This document shows, piece after piece, positions 64,000 through 64,000 of a stretch of 64,000 bases of DNA (the stretch's first letter is position 1; every line of letters begins with the position of its first letter). The DNA is from Okamejei kenojei (Eukaryota), in contig CM069141.1 in the NCBI GenBank assembly GCA_035221665.1, forward strand, positions 41,974,001 to 42,038,000, read 5' to 3'. Both the position numbers and the translations under genes were made by a program. Under the pieces are notes generated by a model. That model saw only the letters and a program-made list of their open reading frames with translations. It did not search any database and had not been told where the DNA came from.

Positions 64000-64000
64000 T

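Overview
Vertebrate nuclear DNA, not prokaryotic. The repeat content (HE1/V-SINE-like tRNA SINEs, abundant CR1-type LINEs, Penelope-derived repeats) suggests a cartilaginous fish, probably a skate or ray (inference). The only host gene is a tandemly duplicated TIM/HAVCR-family Ig receptor on the minus strand: bases 1-~6.5 kb recur at ~54.9-63.2 kb (offset ~54.9 kb). For the right-hand copy I can assemble a phase-consistent model: IgV exon (57233-57580), short Ser/Thr stalk (45766-45827), transmembrane exon with an intramembrane Arg (32611-32716) and an 11-residue tail without tyrosine (31681-31715). This is an activating-type architecture. The likely leader exon looks damaged in both copies. 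The rest is mobile DNA: a near-complete DIRS tyrosine-recombinase retrotransposon (gag, RT/RNase H, Dam-like methylase, YR) with splice signals that could produce its three proteins, the 3' end of a second DIRS, Penelope-like elements and short fold-back derivatives carrying minimal hammerhead ribozyme cores, an L1 and a solo LTR nested in a Harbinger-type element, ERV remnants (tRNA-Ser PBS), Tc1, hAT, a Vingi/RTEX-like LINE tail, CR1 fragments, SINEs and an unclassified CpG-rich repeat family. Boundaries of degraded repeats are approximate, and everything was read by eye.
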